DNA from: the human T2T-CHM13v2.0 reference genome, Homo sapiens
Reading direction: 5' to 3' (one strand)
Length of the DNA: 64,000 nt
Assembly (NCBI RefSeq): GCF_009914755.1
Contig: NC_060933.1
Position numbers and translations under genes: made by a program. Below are positions 58,701 through 64,000 of this stretch, one piece after another; position 1 is the stretch's first letter; each line of letters begins with the position of its first letter. Below the pieces are notes generated by a model. That model did no database searches. It worked only from the letters and a program-made list of their open reading frames with translations, and was not told where the DNA came from.

Positions 58701-60500
58701 CATTCCATTCCATTCCATTCCACTCCATTTCATTCCATTCCATTCTATTCCGTACCATTCCATTCCATCCCATTCCATTCCATTCCATTCCATGCCATTA
58801 CACTCGGGTTGATTCCATTCCTTTCTATTCCATTCTTGTTGAATCCATTCCATTCCATTCCATTCCATTCGAATCCATTCCATTGCACTCGGTTTGATTC
58901 CATTCCATTCCTTTCCATTCTATTTCATTCCATTCCCTTCCATTACATTCGGACTGATTCTATTCAATTCCCTTACACTCCATTACATTCCATTCCATTC
59001 GGGATGTTTCCATTCTATTCCATTCCATTCCATTCCATTCCATTGCATCGGGTTGATTCCATTCCATTCCATTCCATTCCATTCCATTCTATTCCATTCC
59101 GGATGATTCCATTCCATTGCATTCCATTCCATTCCATTCCCGTGCAGTCGGGTTGATTCCATTGCATTCCATTCCATTCCATTCCATTCCGTTCCATTCC
59201 ATTCCATTCCATTCCATTCTATTCGGGTTAATTCCATTCCATTCCATTCAATTCAAATTCCATTCCACTCCATTCCAATCGAGTTGATTCCATTCCATTC
59301 CGTTCCATGTCATTCCACTCCATTCCAGTCCTTTCCATTCCATTCCACTCGGGTTTATTCCATTTTATTCATTTCCATTCCATTCCATTCAATTGCAATC
59401 GAGTTGATTCCATTGTTTTGCACTCCATTCCATTCCATTCCATTCCGGATGATTCCATTCCATTGCATTCCATTCCATTCCATTCCCCTGCACTCGGGTT
59501 GATTCCATTCCATTCCACTCCATTCCGTTCCATTCCATTCCATTCCATTGTATTCGGGTTAATTCCATTCCATTCCATTCCATTCCATTCAATTCCATTC
59601 CATTCCATTCCATTACAATCGAGTTGATTCCATTCCATTCCATTCCATACAATTCTATTCCATTCCATTCCATTCCATTCCATTCCATTCCAATCCGTTC
59701 CGTTCCGTTCCATTCCATTCCATTCCATTCCGGCTGATTCCATTCCATTGAATTCCATTCCATTCCATTCCCCTGCACTTGGGTTGATTCCATTCCATTC
59801 CATTCCATTCCTTTCCGTTCCATTCCATTCCATTGCATTCCATTCTATTCGTGTTATTTCCATTCCATTCTATTCCATTCCATTCCATTGAAATCGAGTT
59901 GATTCCGTTCCATTCCATTCCATTCCATTCCATTCCATTCCGGATGATTCCATTCCATTGCATTCAAGTCCATTCCATTCCCCTGCAATCGGGTTGATTA
60001 CATTCCATTCCATTCCCTTCCATTCCTTTCCATTCCATTCCATTCCATTCTATTCGTGTTAATTCCATTCTATTCCACTCCATTCCATTCCATTCCATTC
60101 CATTCCATTCCATTCCATTCCATTGCAATCGAGTTGATTCCATTCCATTCCATTCCATTCCGTTCCGGATGATTCCATTCCATTGCATTCCATTCCATTC
60201 CATTCCCGTGCAGTCGGGTTGATTCCATTCCATTCCATTCCATTCCATTCCGATCCATTCCATTCCATTCCATTCCATTCTATTCGGGTAAATTCCATTC
60301 CATTCCATTCCATTCCATTCCATTCCATTCAAATTCCATTGCACTCCATTCCAATCGAGATGATTCCATTCCATTCCATTCCATTCCATTCCATTCCACT
60401 CCATTCCAGTCCTTTCCATTCCATTCCACTCGGGTTGATTCCATTCTATTCATATACATTCCATTCCATTCCATTGCAATCGAGTTGATCGAATTGTTTT
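49800..60500 (+). repeat. Domain C higher-order repeat, ~3.36-3.39-kb unit built from ~1.7, ~0.67 and ~0.99 kb subunits
   Basis: ORF offsets 3390 (49874/53264, 50134/53524), 3380 (51188/54568) and 3360 (52530/55890). The double-TCGA marker (ORF start MIPFELNPF) recurs at 50134, 51854, 52530, 53524, 55219, 55890, 57625 and 58614. Confidence 0.85.
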
Positions 60501-63500
60501 GCATTCCGTTCCATTCCATTCCATTCCGGATGATTCCATTCCATTGCATTCCATTCCATTCCATTCCCCTGCACTCGGGTTCATTCCATTCCATTCCACT
60601 CCATTCCATTCCATTCCATTCCATTCCATTGTATTCGGGTTAATTCCATTCCATTCCATTCCATTCCACTCCATTCCATTCCATTCCATTCCATTACAAT
60701 CGAGTTGATTCCATTCCATTCCATTCCATACCATTCCATTCCATTCCATTCCATTCCATTCCATTCCATTCCGTTCCATTCCGTTCCATTCCATTCCATT
60801 CCATTCTATTCGGGTTAATTCCATTCCTTTCCATTCCATTCTATTCCATTCCACTGCAATCGAGTTGAATCCATTGCATTTCATTCCATTCCATTCCATT
60901 CCATTCCGGAAGATTCCATTCCATTGCATTCCATTCCATTCCATTCCCCTGCACTCGCGTTGATTCCATTCCATTCTATTCCATTCCATTCCTTTCCATT
61001 CCATTCTGTTCCGTACCATTCCTTTCCATTCCATTCCATTCCATTCCATGCCGTTACGTTCCATTCCATTCCATTTCATTCTATTCGGGTTAATTCCATT
61101 CCATTCCATTCGATTGCAATCGAGTTGATTCCATTCCATTCCATTCCATTCCATTGCATTCCATTCCATTCCATTCCATTCCTTTCCATTCAATTACGGA
61201 TGATTCCATTCCATTGCATTCCATTCCATTCCATTCCCCTGTACTCGGGTTGATTCCATTCCATTCCATTCTAATCCACGCCATTCCACTTGTGTTGATT
61301 CCATTCTTTCCATTCCATTCAAGTTGAATGCATTCCATTGCATTCCATTCCATTCGATTCCATTCGATTGCACTCGGTTTGATTGCATTCCATTGCATTC
61401 CATTCCATTCTATTCCATTCCATTCCATTCCATTGAATTCCATTCCGTTCCATACCATTGCATTACATTCGGATTGATTCTATTCAACTCCCTTACTCTC
61501 CATTACGTTCCATTCCATTCGGGTTGTTCCATTCCATTCCATTCCATTCCACTCCATTCCATTGCACTCGGGTTGATTCCATTCTATTCCATTCCATTCC
61601 ATTCCATTCCGGAAGATTCCATTCCATTGCATTCCATTCCAATCCATTCCCCTGCACTCGCGTTGATTCCATTCCTTTCCATTCCATTCCACTCCATTCC
61701 ATTCCATTCCTTTCCGTTCCATTCCATTCCATTCCATTCCATTCCATTCCATTCCGTTCCGTTCCATTCCATTCCATTCTATTCTATTCGGGTTAATTCC
61801 ATTCCATTTCATTCGATTGCAATCGAGTTGATTCCATTCCATTCCATTCCATTCCATTCCATTCCATTACGGATTATTCCATTCCATTGCATTCCATTAC
61901 ATTCTATTCAATTCCATTCCGTTCCATTCCATTCCATTACATTCGGATTGATTCTATTCAACTCCCTTATCCTCCATTACATTCCATTCCATTGTGGTTG
62001 TTCCATTCCATTCCATTCCATTCCACTCCATTCCATTGCACTCGGGTTGATTCCATTCCATTCCATTCCATTCCATTCCATTCCATTCCGGATGATTCCA
62101 TTCCATTGCATTCCGTTCTATTACATTCCCCTGCACTTGCGCTGATTCCATTCCATTCCATTCCATTCCATTCGATTCCATTCCATTCCAATTCGTTCCA
62201 TTCCATTCTATTCCGTACCATTCCATTCCATTCCATACCATTCCATTCCATTGCATTCCATTCCATTCCATTCCATTCCATTCCTTTCCGTTCCATTCCA
62301 TTCCATTCCATTCCATTCCGTTCCGTTCCGTTCCATTCCATTCCATTCCATTCCGTTCCGTTCCGTTCCGTTCCATTCCATTCCATTCCATTCCATTCTA
62401 TTCGGGTTAATTCCATTCCATTCCATTCGATTGCAATCGAGTTAATTCCATTCCATTCCATTCCATTCCATTCCTTTCCATTCCATTACGGATGATTCCA
62501 TTCCATTGCATTCCATTCCATTCCATTCCCCTGTACTCGGGTTGATTCCATTCCATTCCATTCCAATCCATGCCATTCCACTCGTGTTGATTCCATTCTT
62601 TCCATTCCATTCAAGTTGAATCCATTCCATTGCATTCCATTCCATTCGATTCCATTCGATTGCACTCGGGTTGATTCCATTCCATTGCATTCCATTCCAT
62701 TCCATTCCATTCCATTCCATTCCGTTCCATTCCATTTCATTACATTCAGATTTATTCTATTCAATTCCCTTACACTCCATTATATTCCAATCCATTCTGG
62801 TTGTTTCCATTCCATTCCATTCCATTTCACTCCATTCCATTGCAGTCGGGTTGATTGCATTCCATTCCATTCCATTGCATTCCATTCCATTCCATTCCGG
62901 ATGATTCCATTCCATTGCATTCCATTCCATTCCATTCCCCTGCACTCGGGTTGATTTCATTCCATTCCATTCCATTACATTCCGTTCCATTCCATTCCAT
63001 TCCATTCGGATTGATTCTTTTCAATTCCCTTACACTCCATTACATTGCATTCCATTCGGGTAGTTTCCATTCCATTCCATTCCATTCCTCTCCATTCCAT
63101 TTCACTCGGGTTGATTCCATTCCATTCCATTCTATTCCATTCCATTCGATTCCATTCCATTCCATTCCATTCCATTGTACTCGGGTTGATTCCATTCCAT
63201 TGCATTCCATTCCATTCCATTCCATTCCATTGCATTCCATTCCGTTCCATTCTATTACATTCGGATTGATTCTATTCAACTCCCTTACTCTCCATAACAT
63301 TCCATTCCATTCGGGTTGTTCCTTTCCATTCCATTCCATTCCACTCCATTCCATTGCACTCGGGTTGATTCCATTCCAATCCATTCCATTCCATTCCATT
63401 CCATTCCATTCCATTCCATTCCATTCCATTCCGGATGATTCCATTCCATTGCACTCCGTTCCATTACATTCCCCTGCACTCGGGTTGATTCCATTCCATT

Positions 63501-64000
63501 CCATTCCATTCCATTCCATTCCATTCCATTCCATTCCATTCCAATTCTTTCCTTTCCATTCTATTCCGTACCATTCCATTCCATTTCATACAATTCCATT
63601 CCATTCCATTCCATTCCATTCCATTCTGTTCCGTTCCGTTCAGTTCCGTTCCATTCCATTCCATTCCATTCCATTCTATTCGGGTTAATTCCATTCCATT
63701 CCATTCCATTCCATTACTTTCCGTTCCATTCCATTCCATTCCATTCGGATTGATTCTATTCAATTCCCTTACACTCCATTACATTCCATTCCATTCGGGT
63801 AGTTTCCATTCCATTCCATTCCATTCCATTGTACTCGGGTTGATTCCATTCCATTGCATTCCATTCCATTCCATTCCATTCCATTACATTCCGTTCCATT
63901 CCATTACATTCGGATTGATTCTATTCAATTCCCTTACACTCCATTACATTCCATTGCATTCCATTCCATTCCATTCCATTTCGTTCCATTCCATTCTATT

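Larger units (their letters stand above)
1..64000. repeat. Human satellite 3 (HSat3/Sat III) array, diverged (CATTC)n/(GGAAT)n
   Basis: Continuous 5-bp periodicity across the window, with long (CATTC)n runs broken by CAACCCGAGT/ACTCGGGTTG-type modules typical of Sat III. The CATTCGAT(GAT)-rich 23-26-bp unit of HSat2 is not the dominant structure. No unique sequence seen. Confidence 0.97.
23764..64000 (+). repeat. HSat3 block, CATTC on plus strand (domains B and C)
   Basis: CATTC orientation from CGAGTTGATTCC (23764) to the window end. B markers: ACTCGAATACATTCCCTCC, TCCGGAAGATTCC, CGGGTTGTTCC, CGTGTTGATTCCATTCTTTCC. C markers: CGGGATGTTTCC, ATTCTTGTTGAATCC, GCATCGGG. Confidence 0.92.

Noticed and set aside
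18-63763. Hundreds of ORFs encoding (MEWNG)n or (IPFHS)n repeats, up to 329 aa (5927-6916) and 324 aa (27847-28821)
   Set aside because: A pure GGAAT or CATTC repeat has no stop codon in any frame, so long overlapping ORFs arise in all six frames. There is no frame preference, non-repetitive domain or gene structure.
1-64000. CRISPR-like or phage-like repeat-spacer organisation
   Set aside because: The intervening sequence is itself pentamer repeat, the modules are reused rather than unique, and no cas or other genes are present.
1-64000. HSat2, alpha satellite/CENP-B box, telomeric repeat, Alu or L1 fragments, DUX4 sites
   Set aside because: No HSat2-type unit dominance, no 171-bp monomer, no TTAGGG arrays, no poly-A or unique stretch, and no TAAYYBAATCA match noticed by eye.

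Overview
The whole 64 kb is human (or great-ape) classical satellite 3 (HSat3 / Sat III): a diverged (CATTC)n/(GGAAT)n pentamer array with recurring variant modules such as ACTCGGGTTG, AATCGAGTTG, ATTCGGGTTA and TCCGGATGA. I found no credible gene, RNA gene, transposon or CRISPR array. All ORFs (MEWNG.../IPFHS...) are artefacts of a pentamer with no stop codons. The interest lies in the architecture. (1) Two strand switches (~11,085 and ~23,765) enclose a 12.7-kb GGAAT-on-plus block. (2) There are three sequence domains (my labels A, B, C) whose boundaries do not match the strand switches, so this may not be one simple inversion. (3) Nested duplications occur with offsets of about 0.16, 0.41, 0.73, 0.87, 2.17, 2.43, 2.7-2.8, 3.4 and 4.0 kb; the 2,431-bp one appears near-perfect. 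(4) I counted 23 perfect three-unit heat-shock elements (nTTCnnGAAnnTTCn) by eye, confined to B-type sequence on both sides of the 23,765 switch, while a TonEBP/NFAT5-consensus motif is enriched in C-type sequence. Everything was read by eye and from ORF-track offsets. Domain and duplication edges are approximate, and I cannot assign chromosome or HSat3 subfamily.
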